DNA of 57,196 nucleotides, from assembly GCA_024693205.1 (NCBI GenBank), contig JAILLJ010000080.1, positions 1 through 57,196 of the forward strand, read 5' to 3'. The stretch is from Clostridiales bacterium (GTDB lineage: Bacteria > Bacillota > Clostridia > Oscillospirales > Acutalibacteraceae). Positions 1 through 9,175 of this stretch are shown here, one piece after another; positions within the stretch are counted from its first letter, which is position 1; the number at the start of each line of letters is the position of its first letter. The translations under genes were made by a program, and so were the position numbers. The notes beneath the pieces were generated by a model. The model made no database searches and had not been told where the DNA came from. It worked only from the letters and a program-made list of their open reading frames with translations.

Positions 1-866
1 TTCTCCCCTTTAACGGAAAAGGCATGTACGAAGGCTCGCTCACCGAGCCGCTCTCATGCGTCATCGGCGCATTCCACGCCTCTTACCATACGACAAGGGG
101 CAGCTACTCCCACAGTATGGGCATAAGAGAAGGCGGAAAAATGGCGATACTCGCCGGCGTAGGCCCGATGGGGCTTGCCGCCATCGACTATATCATCCAC
201 TGCGACCGCCGTCCGTCGTTCTTGGTCGTCACCGATATCGACGATAAAAGGCTTCAAAGAGCCGCCCGTATACTGTCGCCCGAGGAGGCCGCGAAAAACA
301 ACGTCACCTTGAAATATCTCAACACCAAGGATATCGACGCCGTCAAAGAATTAAAGGAGCTTTCCGGCGGAACGGGCTACGACGACGTCTTCGTCTTCGC
401 GCCCGTCGCTCCGGTCATTGAAACAGGCGACAAGATACTTTGTCAGGACGGATGTCTGAACTTTTTCGCAGGCCCCGTCGATCCCGAATTTACCGCTCCG
501 TTCAACTTTTACAACGTCCACTACGCCTCGACCCATATCGTCGGGACGTCCGGCGGAAACGTCGACGATATGAAGGAAGGGCTCGAAATGACTGCGAAGG
601 GGCTTCTCGATCCGTCGATCCTCGTGACCCACGTCGGCGGGCTTGACGCGGTCATAGACACAACCTTAAATCTTCCGAAGATCCCCGGGGGCAAAAAGCT
701 CATTTATACGGGCGTTTCGATGAAGCTCACCGCAATCGACGACTTTGAAAAGCTCGGCGAAAGCGATCCGTTCTTTAAAAAGCTTCATGAGCTGACGGAA
801 AAGACGATGGGACTTTGGAATCCCGAAGCGGAAAAATATCTGCTCGAAAACGCGAAAAAGATATAA
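1..866 (+). CDS. Zn-dependent medium-chain (MDR) alcohol/polyol dehydrogenase, C-terminal part; 5' end lies outside the window
   Basis: The frame is open from nt 3 to the stop at 864-866, so the ATG at 24 in the ORF track is internal. TEPLSCVIGA followed by the Rossmann-type glycine motif LAGVGPMGLAAIDY is typical of MDR dehydrogenases. It lies directly upstream of the E2/E3/E1 genes. Confidence 0.7.
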   Translation, partial: LPFNGKGMYEGSLTEPLSCVIGAFHASYHTTRGSYSHSMGIREGGKMAILAGVGPMGLAAIDYIIHCDRRPSFLVVTDIDDKRLQRAARILSPEEAAKNNVTLKYLNTKDIDAVKELKELSGGTGYDDVFVFAPVAPVIETGDKILCQDGCLNFFAGPVDPEFTAPFNFYNVHYASTHIVGTSGGNVDDMKEGLEMTAKGLLDPSILVTHVGGLDAVIDTTLNLPKIPGGKKLIYTGVSMKLTAIDDFEKLGESDPFFKKLHELTEKTMGLWNPEAEKYLLENAKKI

Positions 867-899
867 TTGTTTTAAATTTAATTATTATAAAGAAAAGAG

Positions 900-2189
900 A
901 TGATACATTTGGCAGAAGGTGTACTGATGCCTAAAGCCGGCATTACGGTCGAAGAATGTATGATAACAAAGTGGGAAAAGAAGGTCGGCGACAGCGTAAA
1001 GTTGGGCGACGTACTTTTCTCATACGAGACAGACAAGGCGGCGTTTGAATGCGAAAGCACCGCCGAGGGCGAGCTTCTCGAGATCTTTTACGGCGACGGC
1101 GACGAAGTTCCCGTACTCATAAATGTCTGCGCAATAGGTAAAAAGGGCGAGGACGTATCCTCTCTCCGTCCCGGAAATTCCGTAAGCGCCGAAAGCGAGC
1201 CTTCTCCCGCAAAAGCGGAAGAGGTCAAAGAAGCGGAGAAACCGGCTCCGGAAGTAACCGCCGCTGCGCCCGGGGATATCATAAAGATATCGCCGAGAGC
1301 CAAAAACCTCGCCGAAAAAAGAAACGCCGACATAAAGGCGGCTGTCCCCACAGGCCCCTCCGGAAGAATAATCGAGCGAGATATCATAGCGCTCCTTAAC
1401 GGCGAGGGAGGAAGCGGCATAGGCGGAAGGATCCTTGTCGGAGAAGAAAAAGCCGCAAAAGCCGACATTTCAGCGGCCGCTCCCGCCGAGGATGAATTTG
1501 AGGACGTACCGTTTACAAAGATACGTCAGGTGATAGCGAAGTCCATGTCCGCGTCGCTTAGCGAGATACCGCAGCTCACTCACCACCACTCCTTTGACGC
1601 GACAAATATCCTCGAATTGAGAAAATGCGTCAAGGCGAGCGGCGAAAAGATGGGACTTCCCAATATAACGCTGAACGACATGATCCTTTACGCCGTTTCG
1701 CGTACCCTTCTTAAATTCCCGGATTTCAACGCCAATGTACTTCCCGACGGCAAAGGCGTCCGCCGCTTTAAGCACGTCCATCTCGGCGTAGCAATGGACA
1801 CGCCGCGCGGGCTCATGGTCCCGACGATATTTAACGCCGATACGAAATCGCTCTCCGAAATAGCCGAGGAATCAAAAGCTCTCGGCAAGGCCGCCAAGGC
1901 GGGCAACATCAATCCCGACCTTCTTCAGGGCGCAACGTTCACGGTCTCCAATTTGGGCAATCTCGGAGTCGAAATGTTCACTCCCGTTATAAACGCTCCT
2001 CAGACGTGTATCTTAGGCGTCTGCAGCCTTATTACGAGGTTCAAAATGGTCGGCGAAACGGCAAAGCCCTATCAGGCAATGGGTCTTTCCGTGACATACG
2101 ACCACAGGGTCATCGACGGAGCGCCCGAAGCGAGATTTGCCGCGGAGCTTATATTTAATCTCGAAAACTTTACGGCTCTGCTCGTTTAA
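900..2189 (+). CDS. Dihydrolipoamide acyltransferase (E2) of a 2-oxoacid/acetoin dehydrogenase complex
   Basis: N-terminal lipoyl domain with the lipoyl-lysine motif (SYETDKAAFE). Ala/Pro/Glu-rich linker, subunit-binding segment (ISPRAKNLAEKRNADI), and catalytic domain with DHRVIDGA. An alternative start is ATG 927 (MPKAG..., GAAGGTG 5 nt upstream). Confidence 0.88.
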   Translation: MIHLAEGVLMPKAGITVEECMITKWEKKVGDSVKLGDVLFSYETDKAAFECESTAEGELLEIFYGDGDEVPVLINVCAIGKKGEDVSSLRPGNSVSAESEPSPAKAEEVKEAEKPAPEVTAAAPGDIIKISPRAKNLAEKRNADIKAAVPTGPSGRIIERDIIALLNGEGGSGIGGRILVGEEKAAKADISAAAPAEDEFEDVPFTKIRQVIAKSMSASLSEIPQLTHHHSFDATNILELRKCVKASGEKMGLPNITLNDMILYAVSRTLLKFPDFNANVLPDGKGVRRFKHVHLGVAMDTPRGLMVPTIFNADTKSLSEIAEESKALGKAAKAGNINPDLLQGATFTVSNLGNLGVEMFTPVINAPQTCILGVCSLITRFKMVGETAKPYQAMGLSVTYDHRVIDGAPEARFAAELIFNLENFTALLV

Positions 2190-2204
2190 AAGGGGGGCAA
2201 AAAA

Positions 2205-3575
2205 ATGGATGAATACGATCTGATAATTTTAGGCGGAGGCCCTGCGGGTTATTTCGCCGCGGAACGCGCCGCGCACGGCGGACTTAAAACGCTTTTGTTT
2301 GAAAAGCGCGCTCTCGGAGGCGTATGTCTTAACGAGGGATGTATACCCTCCAAGGCGCTCCTGAATTCCGCAAAGATACTCGACTACGCAAAGCACGCAT
2401 CCTCCTACGGCGTAAACGTCGAGGGCTATTCGATAGACCAAAGCGCCGTGATAGCGCGTAAAAACAAGGTCGTAAAGGCGCTTGTTTCGGGCGTCGGGAT
2501 GCAGATGAAAAAGGAAAAGGTCACCGTCATAAATAAGACCGCAGTCATAACAGGCAAGACGGCCGACGGATTTTCAGTCACCGACGGCGAAAATACATAC
2601 GCGGCGGACAAGCTCCTTATAGCTACCGGCTCCGTTCCCGTCATACCGCCTATCCCCGGTCTCAGAGAAGGCGTCGAAAGCGGATTTTGCCTTACGAACC
2701 GCGAGATACTCGACCTTACCGAGATCCCCGAAAGCCTTGTCGTTATAGGCGGCGGAGTGATCGGACTTGAAATGGCGTCATATTTCAATTCCGTCGGCTC
2801 AAAGGTCACCGTTATCGAGATGCTCGATAAGATAGCCGGCCCGACCGAAAGTGAGATCTCTACGCTTCTGCTTAAAAATTACAAGAAAAGCGGAGTCGAT
2901 TTCAAGCTTTCCTGTAAGGTCACGGCTGTCGGGACCGACAGCGTAACATATGAGGAAAACGGCGAAAGCCGCACCGTTCCCGCCTCAAAAGTGCTTGTCG
3001 CCATCGGCAGAAAGCCCTTCACCGACGGCATAGGAATAGACAAAATAGGCGTCTATACCGAACGCGGCGCTATCGTCACGGACGAGCATTTGCGTACAAA
3101 CGTCCCCGGTGTCTACGCCGCGGGCGACGTAAACGGAAAGGTAATGCTCGCCCATACCGCCTACAGGGAATCCGAAGTCGCGGTAAACCACATGCTCGGA
3201 AAGCGCGACGTCATGCGCTACAACGCCATCCCCTCGGTCATATATACAAATCCCGAGGTAGCGTCTGTCGGCGAAACGGCCGAGAGCGCCGCCGCAAAGG
3301 GAATAGAGACAAAGACGGTCAGCGTCAGCATGAGGATGAGCGGCCGATATCTCGCCGAAACAGACGGCGGAAACGGCATCGCCAAGCTCATAATAGACAT
3401 AAAGAACAACAAGCTCATCGGAGTACATCTTATCGGAAGCTACACTTCCGAGATGATCTACGGCGCGGCTCTTATGATAGAGACGGAGCTTGATATAGAA
3501 GCTTTGAAAGAGCTTGTTTTCCCGCACCCGACCGTATCGGAGGTCATAAGAGAAGCGCTGTTCGCAGCCGATTAA
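2205..3575 (+). CDS. lpdA: Dihydrolipoyl dehydrogenase (E3)
   Basis: FAD motif GGGPAGY, redox-active disulfide CLNEGCIPSK, second dinucleotide motif GGGVIGLE, C-terminal HPTVSE. It starts 15 nt after the E2 stop. Confidence 0.92.
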   Translation: MDEYDLIILGGGPAGYFAAERAAHGGLKTLLFEKRALGGVCLNEGCIPSKALLNSAKILDYAKHASSYGVNVEGYSIDQSAVIARKNKVVKALVSGVGMQMKKEKVTVINKTAVITGKTADGFSVTDGENTYAADKLLIATGSVPVIPPIPGLREGVESGFCLTNREILDLTEIPESLVVIGGGVIGLEMASYFNSVGSKVTVIEMLDKIAGPTESEISTLLLKNYKKSGVDFKLSCKVTAVGTDSVTYEENGESRTVPASKVLVAIGRKPFTDGIGIDKIGVYTERGAIVTDEHLRTNVPGVYAAGDVNGKVMLAHTAYRESEVAVNHMLGKRDVMRYNAIPSVIYTNPEVASVGETAESAAAKGIETKTVSVSMRMSGRYLAETDGGNGIAKLIIDIKNNKLIGVHLIGSYTSEMIYGAALMIETELDIEALKELVFPHPTVSEVIREALFAAD

Positions 3576-3615
3576 ACCGAAAATAAAAGATTTTATAATA
3601 AAAGAGGTAAAACAT

Positions 3616-6084
3616 ATGCCGAAATCACTGTACGTCGACCCCGCAAAAACACTCGCACCGGGCAAAATCACATTTGAGGATATCCCCGTAAACGTGTATA
3701 ACAAGACGATCGAAGATGAAAAAGCAAACTTTTCCGACGCGGACTTTATAAGGATATTCCGCGACATCGCCGTTTTGCGCGAATTTGAAACAATGCTGAG
3801 TCTCGTAAAGACTCAGGGCTCCTACAACGGCATCAATATCGAATATCCCGGCCCGGCTCACCTTTCGCTCGGACAGGAAGCCGCCGCCGTCGGCGAAGCT
3901 TATCTTCTCGATATTGACGACTTCATATTCGGAAGCCACAGAAGCCACAGCGAGATATTGGCAAAATCGCTCTCCGCGATATATAAGCTCTCCGACGACG
4001 AGCTTATGAAAATAATGGAGAGCTTTAAGGACGGCAAGGTGCTGCGCACCGTTGAAAAAATGAGCAAGCCCGATTCCGTTAAGGAGCTCGCGATACAGTT
4101 TATCCTTTACGGGACGTTGACAGAGGTCTTCGCGCGCGAAAACGGACTTCAAAACGGCATGGGCGGCTCGATGCACGCATTCTTCCTGCCCTTCGGCGTT
4201 TATCCCAACAACGCCATCGTCGGCGGCTCCGCCTGTATCTCGACGGGTGCCGCTCTCTATAAAAAATGCAACAAGAAAAAGGGCATAGTCGTATGTAACT
4301 CAGGCGACGGCTCTCTCGGCTGCGGCCCCGTATGGGAGGCGCTCAATTTCGCCTCGATGGAGCAGTTCACAAAGCTTTGGGAGGACGGCAAAAACGGCGG
4401 AATGCCCATAATCTTCAACTTCTTCAACAACAGCTACGGTATGGGCGGCCAGACGCGCGGCGAAACGATGGCTTACGATATGCTCGCCAGAATAGGCGCC
4501 GGCATCTCCCCGACACAGCTCCACGCCGAGCGTGTAAACGGCTTTAACCCGCTCGCGGTCATCGACGTTTACCGCCGTAAGAAACAGCTCGTCGAAAACG
4601 GCGAAGGCCCGGTACTGCTCGACGTCCTCACATACCGCTTCAGCGGTCACTCGACGTCCGATCAGAACGCATACCGTTCAAAAGAGGAGATCGACGCCTG
4701 GAAGGAGATCGATCCCATCGTAACATACAGAAAGGCTCTGACAGACGCCGGCATAGCTCCCGACGCTTCATTCGAGGATATCCTCAATGAGACAAAGGAT
4801 CGCATGACAAGGATATGCTCCTGGGCGGCGGACACGGAAGTTTCGCCCTACGCCGACTTTGACGCCGATCCCTATTTCGTCGAAAAGACGATGTTCTCAA
4901 ATCAGAAGGTCGTAAAATTCGACGACAGAGAGCCGGAAGCCCTTACAGCCAAGGAGGATTGCCCGACATATAAAAAGATCAAGGACAAGATCCGCACGGC
5001 GACGTTCGATGGCAAGCCTACTCCGAAGCTTCGCATGTACAATATCCGCGACGCTCTGAGCGAGACGATACTCGATAAGTTCTATGAGGATCCGACGATG
5101 ATCTCATACGGCGAAGACGTCCGCGATTGGGGCGGCGCTTACGCAGTTTACCGCGGAATGTCCGAATCCATCCCCTATTCACGTCTCTTCAACGCTCCAA
5201 TCTCCGAATCGGCGATAGTCAGCTCCGGAGTCGGATACGCCATTTGCGGCGGACGCGCTTTGATAGAGATCATGTACGCCGACTTCATCGGCCGCGCCGG
5301 AGACGAGATATTCAATCAGCTCTCAAAATGGCAATCCATGAGCGCGGGAATACTCAAGATGCCCGTCGTAGTGCGTGTTTCCGTCGGCTCAAAATACGGC
5401 GCCCAGCATTCGCAGGATTGGACGTCGCTTTGCGCACACATCCCCGGACTTAAGGTTTGCTTCCCCGCCACTCCCTGGGAAGCGAAGGGACTTATGAGAT
5501 CCGCCCTTAACGGCACCGATCCCGTGATATTCTTTGAAAGCCAGAGGATATATGATAAGGGCGAAGAGTTCCGTGAAGGCGGCGTTCCCGAAGAGGATTA
5601 CGAGATCACGATAGGCGACACCAACGTCGTAAAGACAGGCGACGATATAACGATCATCACCGTCGGCGCGACGCTCTATAAGGCCGTTGACGCGGCAAAG
5701 GAGCTTTCCGAAAAATACGGGATGAACGCCGAAATAATCAACCTTCATTCCCTCGTTCCTCTCGATTATACAAAGATCGTCGAATCGGTCAAAAAGACGG
5801 GTAAGGTCGTTTTAGCCTCCGACGCATGCGCGAGAGGCTCTTTCCTGAACGACGTCGCGAGAAACATCACGGAGCTTTGCTTCGATTATCTCGACGCCCC
5901 GCCTGCCGTCGTCGGCGCGCAGAACTGGATAACTCCGCCTCACGAATTCGACGCAAAATTCTTCCCTCAGGCTTCATGGATCCTCGACGCCATTAACGAA
6001 AAGATAATCCCCTTAAAAGGTCACGTCCCGACAGTCAGCTTTACGCCCGTCGAACAGATGCGCAAGGCCAAGCTCGGAGTATAA
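3616..6084 (+). CDS. Fused E1 alpha-beta (ThDP-dependent 2-oxoacid/acetoin dehydrogenase E1 component)
   Basis: One uninterrupted 822-codon frame. The N-terminal half carries the ThDP GDG...NN motif (NSGDGSLGCGP...FNFFNNSYGMGG). From about aa 474 (MYNIRDALSETIL...GEDV...NAPISESAIV) it reads as a typical E1-beta pyrimidine-binding plus C-terminal domain. AGAGG RBS before ATG 3616. Confidence 0.85.
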   Translation: MPKSLYVDPAKTLAPGKITFEDIPVNVYNKTIEDEKANFSDADFIRIFRDIAVLREFETMLSLVKTQGSYNGINIEYPGPAHLSLGQEAAAVGEAYLLDIDDFIFGSHRSHSEILAKSLSAIYKLSDDELMKIMESFKDGKVLRTVEKMSKPDSVKELAIQFILYGTLTEVFARENGLQNGMGGSMHAFFLPFGVYPNNAIVGGSACISTGAALYKKCNKKKGIVVCNSGDGSLGCGPVWEALNFASMEQFTKLWEDGKNGGMPIIFNFFNNSYGMGGQTRGETMAYDMLARIGAGISPTQLHAERVNGFNPLAVIDVYRRKKQLVENGEGPVLLDVLTYRFSGHSTSDQNAYRSKEEIDAWKEIDPIVTYRKALTDAGIAPDASFEDILNETKDRMTRICSWAADTEVSPYADFDADPYFVEKTMFSNQKVVKFDDREPEALTAKEDCPTYKKIKDKIRTATFDGKPTPKLRMYNIRDALSETILDKFYEDPTMISYGEDVRDWGGAYAVYRGMSESIPYSRLFNAPISESAIVSSGVGYAICGGRALIEIMYADFIGRAGDEIFNQLSKWQSMSAGILKMPVVVRVSVGSKYGAQHSQDWTSLCAHIPGLKVCFPATPWEAKGLMRSALNGTDPVIFFESQRIYDKGEEFREGGVPEEDYEITIGDTNVVKTGDDITIITVGATLYKAVDAAKELSEKYGMNAEIINLHSLVPLDYTKIVESVKKTGKVVLASDACARGSFLNDVARNITELCFDYLDAPPAVVGAQNWITPPHEFDAKFFPQASWILDAINEKIIPLKGHVPTVSFTPVEQMRKAKLGV

Positions 6085-6110
6085 CAACATCTGATTTAAT
6101 ATTTATTTAT

Positions 6111-7106
6111 ATGCTTTTTTCAAAGGAAAGTCCCGTTTATTTCATCCGCGGGTCAAAGACTTCTCCGCAGTATAATCTCGCGTCGGAAGAATACTTCTTA
6201 TACCAAAGAAAAGAAAACTTCATAATGCTGTGGCAAAACGAGCCGTCGGTGATAATCGGACGAAACCAAAACGCCTACGCCGAAATTGACATCGACTACG
6301 TTAAAAGGTATAATATACCCGTGATACGCCGTCTGACAGGCGGCGGCGCGGTGTTCCACGACCTCGGCAACGTCAATTATACGCTGATCAAAAACGGCGA
6401 GGACGGCATGGTCGATCTCAAAACGTACCTTGAGCCGGTGATATCATATCTCCGCTCAAAGGGGCTTGACGCCTGTCTTTCCGGAAGGAACGATATCCTT
6501 GTCGACGGAATGAAGGTGTCGGGCACAGCGCAGGTGAACTATCGCGGACGCGCTCTTCTCCACGGGACGTTGCTCTTTTCCGCCTCTCTCGACTCGCTGT
6601 CGGCGGCGCTGAAGCCCAATCCCTTAAAGCTCAAGGCAAAGGGGATAAAATCGGTCAAGAGCCGCGTCACAAACATCAGCTCGCTCTTAAAATGCGATAT
6701 GGATATAAACAGCTTCATAAGCGAGCTCTCGGATTTCCTTACAGAGAGAGAGGGCTGTATCCCGTATGATTTCAAAAAGAGCGACGATGATGAGATAAAC
6801 AGGCTTGTAAATGAAAAATACGGCACCTTTTCCTGGAACATGGGCGCATCCCCTCCCTATTCGTTTGAAAAGACCGTCCCGTTCGGCGGCGGACTTCTGA
6901 CCGCGTCCTTCGATGTAAATAACGGAATAATATCCGGCATAAAGCTCTGCGGCGACTTTTTCGGCGACGATATCTCGCCTCTTGAAAATGCTTTGACGGG
7001 TACCGAATATACGCCCGAAGCGGTCCTATCCGCGCTGAACGGAATACGCCTTTGCAAATATATAAGTCAGGCAACACCGAATGACTTAATCAAATTGTTG
7101 TTTTGA
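6111..7106 (+). CDS. lplA: Lipoate-protein ligase A family
   Basis: RRLTGGGAVFHDLGNVNY and MKVSGTAQ motifs are characteristic of LplA/LplJ. It follows the E1 gene in the same orientation. Confidence 0.85.
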   Translation: MLFSKESPVYFIRGSKTSPQYNLASEEYFLYQRKENFIMLWQNEPSVIIGRNQNAYAEIDIDYVKRYNIPVIRRLTGGGAVFHDLGNVNYTLIKNGEDGMVDLKTYLEPVISYLRSKGLDACLSGRNDILVDGMKVSGTAQVNYRGRALLHGTLLFSASLDSLSAALKPNPLKLKAKGIKSVKSRVTNISSLLKCDMDINSFISELSDFLTEREGCIPYDFKKSDDDEINRLVNEKYGTFSWNMGASPPYSFEKTVPFGGGLLTASFDVNNGIISGIKLCGDFFGDDISPLENALTGTEYTPEAVLSALNGIRLCKYISQATPNDLIKLLF

Positions 7107-7119
7107 AAGGAAGACCGTT

Positions 7120-8688
7120 ATGAAAAAGATTATGAAAAAGACGATCGCTCTCATCATGTCGGCAGCGCTTCTTCTCACCTCCTGCTGTCTGACGGCATTC
7201 GCCACAGAGACAGCGGCCGCCAAGAAAACATGTAACTGCGGTTACGCGCCGACTATCCATGTCACAGGCATCAACACAAAAGATATCTTTAAAAATGTCG
7301 GCGCCGAGGATATGGAACAGATATTCCCTCCCACGACCGAAAAGATCAAGGCCATCTTTACAAACAAGGATTTCATCGTGAATGTCATCAAATTCTTTAT
7401 CGGCATCAAATGGGATAAGCTCGGCGACGCGCTCATTTACGCCGCGAACGCCCTTTTTGAAGACGTCAGCGGAAACGACGACGGAACGATGAGGGAAGGA
7501 ACAGGCCTTAAGAGAGACTTCACTCAGGACGACCTCGAAAAGACCGACAACCATAAGGACATAGAATACGCCGTATTCTATTATGACTGGCGCGGCGATC
7601 CGATGGAGATCTCAAGAGATCTTGCAAAATACATCGACAAGGTAAGGGAGTTCACAGGCCACGACAAGGTCAATCTCGTCGGCTTCAGCATGGGCGCCGT
7701 CATCACGATGTCTTATATCCAGCAGTTCGGATACGATAAACTCGAGGGCGTCGTTCTTTCTGTTCCCGCTATCAACGGCACGATCTCATGCGGACAGCCG
7801 TTCGCCAAAATGGTCGAAGTAAACGACCTTGCGGTCGTCAGATTCTTAAATCAGATGCTCGGCGACAACACGAAGGATAAGGCGCTCAAATCGACGATCA
7901 ACCTTCTTTATAAGCTGAAGGTCATAAAATATGTCGCGAAATTCTTCAATAAATTCGTTAAAAAACAGCAGGAGCGCGTATATCCCGAGCTCAAGACGCT
8001 TACTACCTTACCCGGACTTTGGGGACTTGTAAACGACAAGTATTACGAGGACGCGAAAAAGATACTGTTATCCGATCCGAAATACGATAAGCTCAAGGAG
8101 AGGATCGACAACTATCACTACAACGTACAGGTCAAGGCTTACGACATCATGCAGCAAATGAAGGACGACGGCGTTCGCTTCGGCGTTATTCTTAAGTACG
8201 GCTGTCAGATCACACCCGTCGTCAAGGGCTGGGACGATATGTCGGACTCCGTCATCGACGTTGCGGGCACAAGCCTCGGCGCAACATGCTCGACGCTCGA
8301 GGGCACCTTGGGCGACGGTTATCAGCAGAAGGTGAACGACGGTCACAACCACCTTTCGCCCGACGGTCAGATCGACGCTTCGACCTGCAAATTCCCCGAC
8401 AATACATGGTTCGTCAGAGGTATGCTTCATTCGGACAACTGCTCCGATTATGACGATCTCACCGAATATATCCTCTATGACGAAAGAGAGCCCGATATCT
8501 TTACCGACGAAAAATATCCGCAGTTCAACCTTTTCAATAAGGCCGATGGCACGATCTCGCCCATGACTCAGGACAACTGCGCACTTCCCGAGAGCGTTTC
8601 GACATACACGATGAGCAGAACGGTCAAGGACTTCAGCACGTCGATATATGCTCTCATTAAGGAGCTCATCGCCTCCAAGAAGAAATAA
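7120..8688 (+). CDS. Exported alpha/beta-hydrolase, LCAT-like lipase/phospholipase family (paralog of 30403-32190)
   Basis: Signal peptide with a possible lipobox (ALLLTSCC). YDWRGDP motif followed by the nucleophile elbow GFSMGA. The C-terminal IDAS...NTWF..G..H...YPQF block is shared with the 600-aa protein at 30403-32190. GAAAGGAAG RBS. Confidence 0.6.
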   Translation: MKKIMKKTIALIMSAALLLTSCCLTAFATETAAAKKTCNCGYAPTIHVTGINTKDIFKNVGAEDMEQIFPPTTEKIKAIFTNKDFIVNVIKFFIGIKWDKLGDALIYAANALFEDVSGNDDGTMREGTGLKRDFTQDDLEKTDNHKDIEYAVFYYDWRGDPMEISRDLAKYIDKVREFTGHDKVNLVGFSMGAVITMSYIQQFGYDKLEGVVLSVPAINGTISCGQPFAKMVEVNDLAVVRFLNQMLGDNTKDKALKSTINLLYKLKVIKYVAKFFNKFVKKQQERVYPELKTLTTLPGLWGLVNDKYYEDAKKILLSDPKYDKLKERIDNYHYNVQVKAYDIMQQMKDDGVRFGVILKYGCQITPVVKGWDDMSDSVIDVAGTSLGATCSTLEGTLGDGYQQKVNDGHNHLSPDGQIDASTCKFPDNTWFVRGMLHSDNCSDYDDLTEYILYDEREPDIFTDEKYPQFNLFNKADGTISPMTQDNCALPESVSTYTMSRTVKDFSTSIYALIKELIASKKK

Positions 8689-8709
8689 TAACGCACGGAG
8701 AGATCAAAA

Positions 8710-9174
8710 ATGCTTGAGACAGGCAAAAATGCACCTTCGTTTTCTCTGCCCGATCAAAACGGGACAGTTCATACCCTTGACGAATACAGAGGGAAAAAGG
8801 TGATACTGTATTTCTATCCCAAGGACAACACAGCCGGCTGCACAAAACAGGCGGTCGGCTTTGCCGAGCTTTTCGGAGAGTTCTTAAACGCGGGCGCCGT
8901 GGTGATCGGCGTCAGCAAGGACAGCGTCGAGTCACATAAGAGGTTCGAGACAAAGTTCGAGCTTCCGTTTACGCTTCTCTCCGACGGCGAGCTTTCCTGT
9001 ATAAAAGCATACGACGTTTGGCAGGAGAAAAACATGTACGGTAAAAAGACGATGGGCGTCGTCAGAACGACTTATATCATCGACGAAAACGGCGTCATCG
9101 TCAGGGCTTTCACAAAGGTCAAGGCGGCAGACAATCCCCGTCAGATGCTTGACGAGATCAAGGAGCTCGATTAA
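8710..9174 (+). CDS. bcp: Thiol peroxidase / peroxiredoxin, Bcp type
   Basis: YFYPKDNTAGCTKQA peroxidatic-Cys motif, about 150 aa, AhpC/TSA fold pattern. Confidence 0.85.
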   Translation: MLETGKNAPSFSLPDQNGTVHTLDEYRGKKVILYFYPKDNTAGCTKQAVGFAELFGEFLNAGAVVIGVSKDSVESHKRFETKFELPFTLLSDGELSCIKAYDVWQEKNMYGKKTMGVVRTTYIIDENGVIVRAFTKVKAADNPRQMLDEIKELD

Positions 9175-9175
9175 A

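Noticed and set aside
2985-3767. 260-aa minus-strand ORF, plus similar long antisense ORFs at 20681-21523 (+), 36692-37426 (+), 39040-39849 (+), 13063-13698 (+), 14122-14754 (+) and 18750-19328 (+)
   Set aside because: Each lies opposite a strongly conserved gene (lpdA/E1, rpoB, ntpD/B, ntpA, fusA, rpoC). They are typical shadow ORFs of moderately GC-rich coding DNA.
9149-9175. Upstream extension of licD (ORF-track start 9149) overlapping the end of bcp
   Set aside because: The extension (MTRSRSSIK) overlaps bcp by 26 nt and adds no homologous sequence. ATG 9176 gives the normal LicD N-terminus directly after the bcp stop.
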